Source of the DNA: Eledone cirrhosa
Lineage: Eukaryota
Assembly (NCBI GenBank): GCA_964016885.1
Contig: OZ024746.1
Coordinates: 58,714,001 to 58,778,000, forward strand
Direction of reading: 5' to 3'
DNA length: 64,000 nt
Part shown: in pieces, positions 1 to 13,758 of the stretch
Layout of the letters: each line of letters begins with the position of its first letter
Position numbering within the stretch: the first letter of the stretch is position 1
Program-made: the position numbers and the translations under genes
The notes under the pieces: model-generated
What the model was told of the DNA's origin: nothing
Seen by the model: the letters and a program-made list of their open reading frames with translations, nothing else
The model's database searches: none

Positions 1-418
1 ACAGAAAAATCAAGTGGTACAACCCACCCTACTCAGCAGCCCTAAAGAACAGCTTCGCCCGATCATTCTTTGGAGCACTTGATAAATGCTTCCCGAGGGA
101 CCATAGACACCACAAGATCTTCAACAGACACACTGTGAAGCTCTCGTATTCCACCACGAGAAATCTGGCCCAACACATAGCTAGCATCAACAGGAGTAGG
201 CTTAAAAACCACACACAACCAGAAGATGGCAATACAAGCACTCAGCAGAACGATGTGGAAGGAGAGAAGGCGGGTCCCAGTGCCCACCCAAGAAACCCAA
301 ACAGACTCGAGGACCTCCCACCGTGCCCGGGGGAAGACCACCATGTAACACTTAACGGGAACCCCACTCTAGGCATGCAGAGGTCGACCACCCTCTGCAA
401 CTGCAGAAACCCCGAATC

Positions 419-820
419 TTGCCCGTTGGTAATGAATGCCTTAAGAAGAACCTAGTATACGGTTGTAGGGTTAAAACCCCCAACTCCGAACACCTCTACA
501 TAGGAACCATATCAACGAGCTTTAAAGACCGCTTGTACAACCATCACCATTCCTTCAATAAGGAGGCCAAAAGGAAAAGTACGGCTCTCTCCGATCTGAT
601 CTGGAAGTTTAAGGTGGACAGGACCCCGTATTCTCTGGCCTGGTCCATAATCAGGAAAGTACCACCCGATAAAGGGGGATGTGGCATATGCAAACTATGT
701 CTGAATGAGACCCTCGAGATACTAAGAGTTGGAAGCGGCCTGATAAACCTCAGAACCGACTTCTTCGGGACATGCAGACACCTCAGGGCCGGGACCTTCC
801 TCAAGATATATGGACAGTAG
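419..820 (+). pseudogene. GIY-YIG endonuclease domain of PLE (frameshifted from upstream part)
   Basis: VY..YIG motif, FKxRxxNH, CxLCxxE and terminal CRH. Confidence 0.88.
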
Positions 821-985
821 CAACACAATAAGATGTGAACTCCCCTCAAGCTATAGGGACTTCTCCAGAACATGTAGACACCTCTCGGCCAGACCTCCCT
901 CAAGCTATATGGGCAGAAACAACACCATAGGTTGGGAACTCCCCTCAAGCCATAGGGACCAACCCAGGCTGAGCAGACACCATGA
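757..985 (+). repeat. ~100-bp imperfect tandem repeat (2 copies plus a partial) spanning the PLE stop codon
   Basis: gacttcttcgggacatgcagacacctc..ctcccctcaagctatagg is followed by gacttctccagaacatgtagacacctc..ctcccctcaagccatagg. Confidence 0.75.
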
Positions 986-2139
986 TTGCCTAGAGATAGA
1001 TTCTGACACAGCCTTTATAATTTGGCCAACATCTTTATAACACACACATTTTACTTTACTTGATTTTTCATTTTTGATTTCTCATTATTCATTTGTTATT
1101 TGTTTTTTGTTTTCTTCACTTTATCACCTTATATTTATATTTAAGTTGAGATTGGTTATAACACACGCACATTTTATTTGATTATCCTCTTTCGTTTTAT
1201 TCTTTTACCATCTTGTTCCTCCTACCACTTTATCCAACATATTTCTGACCTTGAGATTGGTTATGGCACACACACATTTTATCATATTTTATTTGAATCT
1301 TCATTTTTATTTTTCACTTTTCATTTTCATTTTTCATTTTCAATTTTCATTTTTCATTACTTTTTCATTACTTTTTCATTACTTTTTCATTACTTTTTCA
1401 TTATTTTTTCATTTATTCTCTATTTATTATTTATTTTCTGTTTTCTTAATTTTATTGCCTTCTATTTCTTCTTATACATGGCAGAGATGGTGGCAGGAGG
1501 GATGAAGAAACACACACAGATACTTCTAAATGTCAGCAGTAGCAAGACATAAATTGACCACAACACCAACAACACTACCAAAATAAGGGTAGAGGTCAGA
1601 TGTACTTAACAATAGCAAACAAAACACTACAGGGAGCCTCACTCCAGAAAGAATTTCTATAGACTTTTGACTGAGGAATGCTCTCAAAACTGCCCAATGG
1701 GAAGAGTGACCTTACAAATCTGTATATCATTGAGATGGGTATAACACACGCACACATTTAATTCGATTATTTTATTTTATTTTGTTCCTTTACCATCTTA
1801 TTCCTTCTACCACTTTATCATTTTTTTTAGCTGACTCCAACAACAACACCACTACCAACATAAGAATAGAGGTCAGATGTACCTAACAATAACAAGAACA
1901 ACAACTACAGATAGGCTTGCCTCAGAAAGAATTTCTATAGACTTTTGACTGAGGAATGTTCTAACAACTGACCAATGAGACGAGAAGAAGCCCTTTGACG
2001 CTGAAATTCGTTTGTTTAAATTCATATGATTCCAGTTCCTCAGTGAAATAACAACCCAACCAGGAACTGGACATATCAGAGTATTGACAAAATTAAACAC
2101 CTCAACAACATGTGTACTCGTCTCTACCACCCTTTTCGG

Positions 2140-2194
2140 ACTGCCTGAAGAGGTCACAGCCAAAGATGGCTGTCACCGAAATATATATAGCAGT
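2140..2194 (+). ncRNA. Type I hammerhead ribozyme (minimal, PLE-associated)
   Basis: actgc-CTGAAGA-ggtcacagcc aaagat ggctgtcacc-GAAA-tatata-TA-gcagt: stem I actgc/gcagt, 10-bp stem II with one mismatch, palindromic stem III. Confidence 0.9.
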
Positions 2195-2341
2195 AATACA
2201 CGAAGCCAAAATTTAAACATTTGACTTATTTATTTTATTTTATTTTACATTACTCCGGAGTAACCAAACCAACCTGCGCACTTCGTCGAGTGCTCCAATC
2301 TGCATACTGAGGTGTTGGTATACAACCAACATATATACTCA

Positions 2342-2391
<50 letters not shown>

Positions 2392-2400
2392 ATATATATA

Positions 2401-2512
2401 GTAATAATAACTAAAATCCGAAGAGGGCTCCATAAGGATAATATATATAAAATATATAAATATCCCGTTAAGAGTGAAATCAGCGATTCTTTGCTTAAAC
2501 TTTAATCTGTTA

Positions 2513-2520
<8 letters not shown>
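2401..2520 (+). repeat. Short interspersed repeat between (TA)n runs, second copy at 49735-49860
   Basis: Shared gtaataataa..agagggctc..ataaggataa..ttctttgcttaaactttaatctgttatt. Confidence 0.7.
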
Positions 2521-2567
<47 letters not shown>

Positions 2568-2573
<6 letters not shown>

Positions 2574-3743
2574 CATTTTTTGTCGATTCTATTAAATGAT
2601 GAATAGCCCCTGTTTATTTTAACATGTCTATTGAGCACTCTTATTCGATATGTGTTTTTGCCACATTTTTCCGAATATTTTTGCGGATATAAAGGTTATC
2701 TCCCTTGCTGAAATCCATGTGCGTATTTTTAGCCTGGGTCTTGTCTTTTCATCCATTCGGACGAAGCTCGTTGATGAAGTAACTCCAGTCCCCCGATTGT
2801 CTGTAAGTCTTATATTTTTATATGAGCTGATAGATGACGGTTTAAGGATTTACAGAAACCCAAGAAGCTAGATATTCCATCTCTCTAGTGGGTCCGGGTA
2901 TGCATTTTACATTCATTTCATTTATTGATTTATTGATAATTTATCTGAATGTCCCGAATCTTCCATGTCGAACTTTTCGGTTATTTGGTTGATTGTAGAC
3001 ATATTCTACGTGTGACGGTATTTTAACGATAGTTATAGCTCTAATTTATTTGAATTATAGAGCCCTCTGCCGCTCATCTCGAATTTTGTTTATCGTGAAC
3101 TCGTGCGCCGATTTTTCGATACTCGATTATTCTACTATATTTAGCTCTAGACTTAGCTATTGACCAGTTAATTTTATTGTTCATTTTTTGTCGATTCTAT
3201 TAAATGATGAATAGCCCCTGTTTATTTTAACATGTCTATTGAGCACTCTTATTCGATATGTGTTTTTGCCACATTTTTCCGAATATTTTTGCGGATATAA
3301 AGGTTATCTCCCTTGCTGAAATCCATGTGCGTATTTTTAGCCTGGGTCTTGTCTTTTCATCCATTCGGACGAAGCTCGTTGATGAAGTAACTCCAGTCCC
3401 CCGATTGTCTGTAAGTCTTATATTTTTATATGAGCTGATAGATGACGGTTTAAGGATTTACAGAAACCCAAGAAGCTAGATATTCCATCTCTCTAGTGGG
3501 TCCGGGTATGCATTTTACATTCATTTCATTTATTGATTTATTGATAATTTATCTGAGTGTCCCGAATCTTCCATGTCGAACTTTTCGGTTATTTGGTTGA
3601 TTGTAGACATATTCTACGTGTGACGGTATTTTAACGATAGTTATAGCTCTAATTTATTTGAATTATAGAGCCCTCTGCCGCTCATCTCGAATTTTGTTTA
3701 TCGTGAACTCGTGCGCCGATTTTTCGATACTCGATTATTCTAC

Positions 3744-3748
<5 letters not shown>
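2568..3748. repeat. Near-identical 608-bp direct tandem duplication
   Basis: Identical ORFs at 2650 and 3258 (offset 608). The second unit is truncated at (TA)n. Confidence 0.95.
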
Positions 3749-3842
<94 letters not shown>

Positions 3843-3844
3843 GA

Positions 3845-3890
<46 letters not shown>

Positions 3891-3898
<8 letters not shown>

Positions 3899-4434
3899 AT
3901 ACTTTGGGAGGGTCATGTTGCTAATAAGAAACACACGCACCCATGGTTTTCCCTACAATTTATTATAAATTAAATTATATATTTTAAGAAATTTATAAAT
4001 TTACGGTTGGTTGGTTGGTTCCACAACCGGATGATTGTTCATATATTGTCAAAGTTCTTTCGTCACACATTCTGTGACCTCATCAGTGACCGTGGATTCT
4101 TTTCTTTGTTTTTTGCCTCTCCTTAGTTCTGTCCTACGCCATCTTGTTTTTGTGTGTGTTGTGTGCTTAGTTTGCGCGTGTGTTACATCCGGGTGTCAGT
4201 GTGTTGTTTTTATTTGTTTATTTATTTGTTTATTTACATGTTACTAGTTGGTTGTTTGTTCTATGTGTGTGTGTGTGTTTTCATTTTGTTCTTAATTGTA
4301 AGTTGTGATGTTTCTATTTAATTTTAGTTGGAGTTCATTTATGTGTATTGCCTCTGTGATTTGACTAATCGGTGTAAACAGCTGGTGCGTGTGTTTCTTA
4401 TTGGGCACATGACCCTCCCAAAGTATAAAAATAT
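3891..4434 (-). mobile_element. Solo PLE terminal (pLTR) fragment with HHR and ~50-bp inverted terminal copy
   Basis: 3891-3942 is the reverse complement of 4384-4434. It shares the tail gttatact(t)gggagggtcat with the 3' end of the PLE at 45870-48780. Confidence 0.75.
4048..4090 (-). ncRNA. Type I hammerhead ribozyme (extra nucleotide after core)
   Basis: Minus strand gtca-CTGATGA-g-gtcaca gaatg tgtgac-GAAA-gaac-TT-tgac. Confidence 0.8.
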
Positions 4435-4627
4435 CGGTTTCAACGCACGTTTTCAGATAAAGAATCTTGCTAAATAAATTCAGAAACGAAATATATATAT
4501 ATATATAATATATATATAGTTATGTAATAAACAACATAAAATGTTGTTTATAACATAACTATTAAGCTCTGTTACCTACATAGAGCACTCTTTTTTCCTG
4601 GACTTTTCCGACGGAATTACTTCATTA

Positions 4628-4742
<115 letters not shown>

Positions 4743-5315
4743 TGCGTGCGTGTATGTATATCAGAAAGCGGTAAAATCCGTTAGTCCATTACTCACAAGA
4801 GTACTTGATGCTTAGTAGAGAAATGTAAGTACTCCAAAGTAAATGACTATGACAATAGTCGACATCGGGTAAAGTGCTCTTGGAAATAAAGGTCCGAATA
4901 GTCCGAGTTATAAGAACATGAGATTAAATTATCAAATGCTTCGCAAATTGTTGCGGTTCTATGCGTTCTTAGTTCAAATCCTGCCGAGGTCATATTTACA
5001 TTTCATTCTTTCGTTATCTGATGCGTGTTTGGAGGACATACTGAACTAGCCCAAGAGAAAAGCAACTGGCGAAATTGTTTTAACAATTGGACATGATGCT
5101 TAGCGGAATATGATACAAATTTCTGTGTTTTAATTTCAAATGTTGGTTCTTTCTGTCTGGAGTAGTTGCAACTGTTACACGCTAAATTCCAATGTAAACT
5201 TGGTTTCTTTGGTCCGATCTGCCGATCGAATCCTTTCCATTTACAAATACTTATATATATGTGTACGTGTATATGTATGCATGTGTATGTATATCTGTGA
5301 GTGTCTGTAAACAAG

Positions 5316-5590
5316 GTGCGTGGCGGAGTGCGGGGTGTTTCTACTGATGATCATACGGTTGTGTCCTTGAAGAAAAACTTCATTTCACGCTCATCTTATC
5401 AGTTCATTTGGGGAAATTATGTTGCTCCTGCAATTTAAATGACAAGACATGCAATACACTCTGTTAGGCTGAGTTTCCATGAGAAATGCGTTAACGCTAC
5501 ATGTGCCTGTGGAATTTTAAGCCAATTTTGTTGATCGAACGACTGGTACACTATCCGCCGCAACTGACGGATGTCCAACTACAAACAATT
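5316..5590 (+). mobile_element. Degenerate CORE-like SINE
   Basis: gtgcgtggcggagtg..ttgtgtccttgaagaaaaacttcatttcacg resembles the CORE motif. Related sequence lies at 10900-11060 and 52450-52940. Confidence 0.5.
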
Positions 5591-7434
5591 ACGCATAATA
5601 TGATAAAATTAATATTAACGCACATTCAGCACATGAGTATAAACATTAATAAATTGTGATAAGGTAAGTGAATATGGCAGTTAATTATATCCTGGTCTTG
5701 AGTAATAAGAATTATCGTATAATAAGATTTCCTCCGAGTATTTTCATCACGTTATTAACGATATATCATCTGTAATGAGGTTGAAAGACAAGATATTTCC
5801 TACGCAGCTCTCTCAGATATATGTGCATATCTGCATCCTTTCATTGTAGTTAATCATTGGCTATCCTGAAGTTTATTCATTCCTGTCCACGTGACTCAAC
5901 AATGACTATAATTATTCCTTTCTTCTTTCAGTCTTCATATTTCTCTGCCCCCAACTCTTTATTTTTTGCTACGCCTCTTAGAATTGGATGATGGTTTGAA
6001 GTCTTTAATCATTTCAAATAAAATCATTTATTAAGGGTGTTTGATTGCAGTGTTTGGCTGCTTTCCTTCACATCCCGAATGCATGATACGCCGATAAAAT
6101 AAATTACTGTGGTGGCAAATTGGCAAGATTGTTAGAACATTGGATAGAACACTATACAGAATTCGTTTAGGCACCCTGCGTTCTGAAACCAAATGACGTT
6201 GAGTTCAACTTCAGCTTCCATTCTGTTGAAGTCGAAAAATTAAGTACGGGTGATAAACTGAGGTAGATTTTACTTCTGAATATCTTTCTTATATTCTTTC
6301 TCTCGACAAGAAATCTGTTGAATTCAGAACTGGAGGAGGACGAGCCTCACTGGCAATATATGCCCAATACGGCCTCCGCTCAGTAAATGCCACTCACAAA
6401 GTATGAGTTAACGCCTGGTTATAATGGAAGATACCAGCCCAAAATGCTAGATAGTCAGACTGAACCCAAACGCATGTAGTTGTGTAGTGAACTTCGTAAA
6501 GACGCAGTTATCCCTACAATTTACTCTATATATTTGTCACTTAGCTCTGATCACTACTAATACTAGGTTTCCCTACTATAAAATACATGTTCTTCTTCTA
6601 AAATCTTCCATTCCCTGAATGATATTTGTTAAATCATTGTGTTTACATGAAACCACCATTATATATGAAATATCTGATATCATTGAAAGCCGATATTTCC
6701 TGAAGACATATCGGATAATGAAGTGAAGTGACAAATCATCGTTTACGTACGTGACACAATCGGAATTGATTTTTCTTCTAATGGAACCCAGACATCTGTC
6801 GCAATGTATATGTAACTTCTATAACTTTTCGGAAGACAATCCTCAAAATCAACCTGCAAAGTCAACGAAGTATCGTTTTACTATGCATACCAAAAGTAAA
6901 TTTCTTCAGAGTTGTACAAGCCTGGTAAGATTTTGATCCGAGACTGTGTGTTGAAACTAAATTAATTACAACGTGGAATAGAAATTTTTACCAATATGAT
7001 ATATATATATATATATATCCCCTTTGGAGTTCCCATGAGCTTTCGAACACTGTGAAATCCTGGCGCACGCAGAACAAAATGCCTGTTGAGACAGTGATAT
7101 CCTTGTTCAATCATTATACCAAAAGCTTATTATTTCTTATAAGCAGACAGTATTAATGATTTAGGTGTCGCAGAAACCCTATATCGGATTTTACAATCAT
7201 TCCCGAGGGTCCGGGTAAATATTTCAATCATATTTTATTTTGTTTGACCCGCTTAGCTTGCTCGCTTTTTTAGCTTAGGTGGTTAATGGCTTCTTAACCA
7301 TCGTCTCAGTTTTGTATGTCCTTTTTAACTTACGTTTATAGCTCTGGGATCTTCATATCCATTGAGCGCTTGCCAACACAATTCGGAAGTTGCGTTTCGC
7401 TAATTTCTACTCGCCGAAATGCGATTCTCGCTAA

Positions 7435-7488
<54 letters not shown>

Positions 7489-7492
<4 letters not shown>

Positions 7493-7690
7493 CAAAGGAA
7501 TTGTGGTAAGGAACCAGGTGGACCATAACGCACCAGAGTACTCAATACTTAGGGTAATAGAGTGTGAAATAGGAAAAAGTATGACCCCGTCGGCAGAGCC
7601 CAAGCCGTATCGACGGCTATTTCTGGACTTTTGAGTCCTGAAATAGCCGTCGAAACGAGTTGAGCTCTGCCGTCGGAGTCATACTTCTTC
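7489..7690. repeat. Fold-back repeat family (~135-bp arm), long left arm and short right arm
   Basis: aacaaaggaattgtggtaagg..cgacggctatttc/gaaatagccgtcgaaacg. Same family at 36755, 37360, 42276, 44281, 44688, 45466 and 45632. Confidence 0.9.
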
Positions 7691-7951
7691 CTATATATAT
7701 ATATATATATACTTAATACATATACATGCATGTGTATATATGTGCGTGCGAGTGTGTGTGCGTGTATGTATCTGTGAGTTTGTGCATGCGCGTGTCTGTG
7801 TGTGTGTGTGTATACATCCGTCTCAAGGGGTATTATATCCGATTTTCTAAATTGCTACTTACAGTGATCGACTGTTGCTACAGATATTGTCTACGTTTGG
7901 GATTTCCACTTCATCACATTTCAGATTGCCCATGTGTTTCATAGTTAATGA

Positions 7952-7999
<48 letters not shown>

Positions 8000-9003
8000 T
8001 ATGCACATATGCATACATTTGCGCATGATGGCTGCAAACTCTGCGAGTATTACAATCGCTTGTCAGATTATAAAGTTTGGTGCACTTTTAGGCTACGGTC
8101 AGGCACAGGAACCTGTAACATATCCTGAACAAGCAATGCCTGGGCTTTGAAGGTTTTTAAAGTGGGGAAAGGCCTTCCACTCGACCAAACTACTGTCCGA
8201 GCATCGAAAACACTACCAGAAAAGGAGAACTGGTCAACATCTTCGAATGCTTCCGAAGGTGCAGGTTTTGTTCAGTATTTGCTTCTCCTATAAATATGGT
8301 GTGACAACAACTGGGAGGGGGGCGCGGGGGGGGGGGGGGGGCTTTTCATTCCTAGGTGAAAAAACAAAAAGAAACTATTTGCATGGCCGTTGACTCAGCT
8401 GGGTTCTTCTGCCCTTTGTCGTGTCTTGTATTTCATCCTGCAAGCTATCTTGGTGGCGTTGCCGGTTTAGTAGCCGACGACCCGACAGGTTGCACTAGGT
8501 TACATGTTACCAGAAGCAGTCGAGAGCGACCTGACATTCACGCATATATACTTACATGCATACATATATATATATATATACCGTTTAAGTTGGCCTGATT
8601 ACCGATGGATAGAACTGGTATTTCTTGTTAGTACACTATGGTGCAACAAATTAATCAATGCACTCAACATTATGCAAATAATCCATCAATTATTATACAA
8701 GTCGGGACGATCTCATCAGGCGTCATCCACAGAATTATTTACCAGGATTACGTTGAAACTAAATATATAATGGAAGATAGGGAACAGAAAATAGAAAATT
8801 GAAAATGTCAGTTCGATTTGATGACTGGCTGCAAAAATTATATATATATATATATATAACATGTATACAAAATCACGGAGGCCTAGATTACTATAGAAGC
8901 ATACCTCCCTAGGGATAAAAATATCGCTTCAAAGTCTAAAAGAACAACGGATAGTCCTTCAATACATTGATATGGCCATCGTTAACAGAATATTCATCGT
9001 TAA

Positions 9004-9063
<60 letters not shown>

Positions 9064-9784
9064 TAATAGAATTGTGTTCAATTCTTCATTGAACCAGCAT
9101 GGACTACGAAATTAATCCTGCACACATCTATCAAAAAGGTAAATATTTGTATAAACGGACAATATTCGTATTTCTGGCATATATATTATAACTGTGTTCA
9201 ATAAAAGCATTAGCGCAGACTTGGGTACCCACTATTCCTAAGACTATAAATAATAGCCATCTTGTATGCTAGGCGCAGCAGCTGATATATAACCTGCAAC
9301 CAACTAATGAAGTGTTTACCCCTTCCCTTCACTCTGTAGTATTTCTTCATTTTTTTTTTTTTTCATTTTTATTATAAATGTATACACATAATACTAACAT
9401 GACGCAATAACGAAGTATAAATACTATTGAAATGTTTGAATATAGGATGGTGAAGTAATTTATAAACATCGATAAAAGTTGAAACAATTAATGGCTTTAT
9501 GATTCAGCTAGGATTGGACAAATAATATATTTGTATATTCAATGTATTCAACGTATATGTGGACAGAGTTATTATATAAAGTATAAAGACGAAACACATT
9601 TGGCGCTAGTTTAGTCTATAGGTTTTGTGTATATTTCTATACGTAGATTTATAGACTTAGATGGAATATAAACATTGAGCACAACTCAGGTTTAATTAAT
9701 TTTCAACTATATTAATATAAATCTTTAACATGTATATATATATATATACATATGTGTGTATGTGTGCATGTGTGCATGTGTGCA

Positions 9785-9789
<5 letters not shown>

Positions 9790-9815
<26 letters not shown>

Positions 9816-10024
9816 CCATGCGTTTTTGTGACTCTCTGTATGTCTATGTGAGTGTGTCTGTATGTGTTTGTGTGTGTATGTAGGAGTATATCTATATCTA
9901 TATATCTATATATATGTGTGCGTGTGTGTGTCTCCATGCGTTTTTGTGACTGTCTGTATTTCTATGTGAGTGTGTCTCTATGTGTTTGTGTGTGTATGTA
10001 GGAGTATATCTATATCTATATATC

Positions 10025-10057
<33 letters not shown>

Positions 10058-10129
10058 CTCCATGCGTTTTTGTGACTGTCTGTATGTCTATGTGAGTGTG
10101 TCTGTATGTTTGTGTGTGTATGTAGGAGT

Positions 10130-10150
<21 letters not shown>
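9790..10150. repeat. ~119-bp minisatellite, 3 copies
   Basis: tccatgcgtttttgtgact..gtaggagtatatctatatctata occurs three times. Confidence 0.9.
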
Positions 10151-10224
<74 letters not shown>

Positions 10225-10326
10225 TGTATGTCTGTACATGTGTATATATGAACACACAGATAATATGCGGTGTTATCTGTTCGTGGGTGACACGAATCGT
10301 AAGTGCACAGACACACATACATACAC

Positions 10327-10367
<41 letters not shown>

Positions 10368-11302
10368 TATACATAGATATATAAATATATATATATATAT
10401 GTAAGGACAATTATGTACGTATATATATTTACTATAGCAGTATATTACATATTAAAATGGCGGATATTGTTAAAGTCTTTTGACATATATTCCCGCCGGT
10501 ATGTTATCGCAAAATCAACTCCTCTACCATTTTGTTTTGTTATTTAATTATATCATTTCATTTTTACCTCAGATTATTTCGCTCTTTTCTGCCCACTTTT
10601 TCCTTGACTTTTTCCTTCGTTTATACAATTTTATATTTCTTCGTGTGAAGGGGTGTGGCTTATTGGCCATGTTCACCTCACAATCGTAATATCCGGAGTA
10701 CGATTCTCAATAGTGCCTTGTATCCTTGGGCAACGCAGTTTATTTCACACTCTTCCATTCCAGTCAACTGTCAAAATATGAATTCTACGTGTAATTCAAA
10801 TTACAAGACTTATCAAAACACTTTGTCTTTCCGAATCTTCCTGAGAATTATGATAAGTGTGCACGTGCCTGTAGAATGCACATTCAAAATAGAAAGTATA
10901 TGAAATTCAAACGGACCGCTATGTCACACTCCGGAACGCTGAACGCTACCAGTACACGTGACTGTGGAATACTCGGCCACTTATATGTTAATATCATGAG
11001 CGGGCTGTTCTGTTGATCAAACCACTGGAACACTGGTCACCAGAGACAGACGGAGTACTAACAACAGAATTCCACATAATAACCATAAAATTGCTATAAT
11101 TCCTGTGAGATGTCAGCTGCTGACGGTTGTAATCACTTAATTAGCCCATCCCCACTGAGGGTTTTTCAATTACCAGTTTATTTCTTCCTGAATTTTTTCA
11201 ATGCCATTTTATCACTCTTGGGATGCTTCACTCGTCGTAAAAATATTCTTTTTTCTGAATACGTTTTCATTGTATTTACAATTATTATTGTTGTTGTTGT
11301 TA

Positions 11303-11540
11303 GGGCAGTCGATTGGCATTATCGGTAGAGCGTCGGACAACATAGTTTTCAGCATAGAGTTACGGCCCATTACGGTCTGAGTTCATATCTCGCCGAGGTT
11401 AACTTTGCCTTTCATCCTTACCGGGTCGATAAAATAAAGTACGAGTCACGCACTGGGGTTGATTTAATCGAGTTTCCCCTCCCCCAAAATTGCTGGCCTT
11501 GTTCCTATATAAGAAACTATTATTGTTGTTGTTGCTGTTG
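11303..11540 (+). mobile_element. tRNA-derived SINE, near full length
   Basis: A-box-like TGGCATTATCGG, B-box-like GAGTTCATATCTC, central gcctttcatccttaccgggtcgataaaataaagtac motif, (TTA/TTG)n tail. Confidence 0.88.
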
Positions 11541-12685
11541 TTATTTCGTTCCTTCGTCTATCGACGTGTGTTTCAGATCGCTCCCGTAAGTTTGTTGTTA
11601 TTCCGTTGTTATCAGACTTATTTTGTTGAACATTTGATATTGTTGTATCTTTGCAAGCTGGTTTGTATCTTCGCAAGCTGGTTTATTGTTCTCTACCTGT
11701 AAACGTTAGGGTATAAAGCTGTGTTTCTTTTCCAAACACGCCCCTAAGATCTTTTCAAATGGTGGAGGACAAACATTTCTCTACTATAATGAATAGCGCG
11801 CTGTCTGCAACACAGTACAGCCGGTTATCGGTCAACATCTTCAATATCAACATCACCAATAAAGACACTGTCAACAGTAGTAACAAACAACAGCAGCAGT
11901 AACTGCACAAATAGTACCAACAACAACAATAGCGAGTTGTCCATAAAGTTGAACAGCCAAAGTTCAAAGAACGACAGCAGCTGCAACAGCAACAAGACCA
12001 ACAACTCTGCATGGAAAAATTATGAGATGGGCTTCTTTACATGTATGGAAATGCTGTCGCACTGGCCTGTCTGAGATACGATGCGTAGAATAGCTAATCT
12101 GTACTGCATGCTCTCGTTCAATGCATTTGTATTGCTAACTTGTTGAATTATATTTAAATTTATTGACACTTGAAAGACGAATCTAGCTACTAACTAGAGT
12201 TCATCGTGACGATCACCTCACTGCCTTCATTTAACTGAGAAGCTTCATCAGTTTTCCTATACATGGTGGTTATGACGAAAGCGATTGTGTGGTAGACTAG
12301 GCACTCACTGACTTGTTCAAGTTTCAAATTGAATAGGAAGGTTAGAGTAAAGTCATTTGTGCTCTCCTTCAGAAAATGTACCAAAGGTTGGTGAAAATAG
12401 TGAAAACAACAAATGTGAATGAGTCTACATTCAACAGGTACCTGTAGGGTGGACAAGGGCAATTGGTAAGTGATACACTCTGTTGGTCACCTGGAGGATT
12501 GTGGCTCTGTGGAGTTCCTCAATTATTACTAGAATGAATGAATGCCTTACTGAATTCTATACTATATATATACATATTACCTATTTTTTTCTAATTTCTA
12601 TTTAAAGCCCCATCTTTTTTCTAATGTCTGCTTCATCCGATTCTCTTGTGGCAAATAAATAAAATTGCTATTATTATTACTACTC

Positions 12686-13135
12686 GGGCGGTGGATTGGC
12701 AGTATCGGTAGAAGGTCGGAAGCCATGCTTTGCAGCATAGAGTTACGGCTCATTATGATCAAAGCTCAAATCCCGCCGAGGTTAACTTTGCCTTTCATCC
12801 TTACGGGGTTGATAAAATAAAGTACAAGTGACGCACTGAAGTCGATTTAATCGTCTTTCCCCTACCCCTAAACTGCCGGCCTCGTGCCAATAGTAGAACA
12901 CATTATTACTAATAATACGAGGGTGGTGTATTGAGAGTATTGGTAGAGCCCAAGAAAAAATGATTTGCGATATTTAGTCACTATTTTCTACATTCTGAGT
13001 TCATATCACGACGAGGATAGTTTTGTCTTAAGGGGTGGAAATATAAAGTACCAGTAACTCACTGGAGTCGATATAATCGACTTTCCTCTTCACACAAATT
13101 GCTAGCCTACTGCTCTTAGCAGAAAAAATTATTAT
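12686..13135 (+). mobile_element. Two adjacent tRNA-derived SINE copies (second more decayed)
   Basis: ggcggtggattggcagtatcggtag..aaatcccgccgaggttaactttgcctttcatccttacgggg. Confidence 0.85.
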
Positions 13136-13681
13136 TGGTATTGATACTTATATTCTTCTTACTATCGATGTTGCATGTTTTGTTTTTCTACTATTGTTGT
13201 TTTTGTAATCGGTGGGATTATGTTTAATGAAAAACGATTGATCAAAATCTATATGGGGAACTAAACTACGCTATAAATATGCTTCATACGTAACTTAATT
13301 ATTTCCAAATATTGCATGTCCATAAGAGCAAGACGCTTATCTTTCAGCGATTGACTTCTTTCACTCTAAACAATCAGTTTATCTGCCGACAATAGTAATA
13401 ACTTTATTGTTGTCTTTATGATACACAATAGCCGAGTGATAAATCACTCAACAGTTGCTGATTGATGATGTATGCTAGGTGTTAACAGTGAGGGAAAGTT
13501 GTTTCATACCCAATATGTCTTTGATTTTGTCACAAAACGTAAAAAGAGAGAAGTAACTACTACTCTCTCTTTACCTCTAGTGCCTGCGTGAATGTGTATG
13601 TAAGAGGAATGAAGTGAATGGTGAAAAAGCTAAGCTGTGTGTGAGTGTATGTGTGTGTTTGTGTAAATTTGTTTTAGGTAG

Positions 13682-13758
<77 letters not shown>

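Larger units (their letters stand above)
1..2340 (+). mobile_element. Penelope-like element (Naiad-type), 3' part: RT thumb/linker, GIY-YIG endonuclease, long 3' UTR with HHR
   Basis: Translation gives ALDKCFPRDHRHHKIFNRHTVKLSYS..CNCRNPESCP, then after a frameshift LVYGCRV..YIGTISTSFKDRLYNHHHSF..LSDLIW..CKLCLNE..CRH. An HHR lies at 2140-2194 and the element ends at a (TA)n run. Confidence 0.88.

Noticed and set aside
2414-2492. CCGAAGA..long hairpin..GAAA resembling an HHR
   Set aside because: The core is mutated, there is no clear UH plus stem I, and the second copy at 49760 lacks the core
10455-10464. AAAATGGCG YY1-like promoter motif (also near 35350)
   Set aside because: Short motif with no supporting gene structure
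11303-11400. tRNA gene
   Set aside because: A/B-box spacing and downstream body identify a SINE head; no cloverleaf
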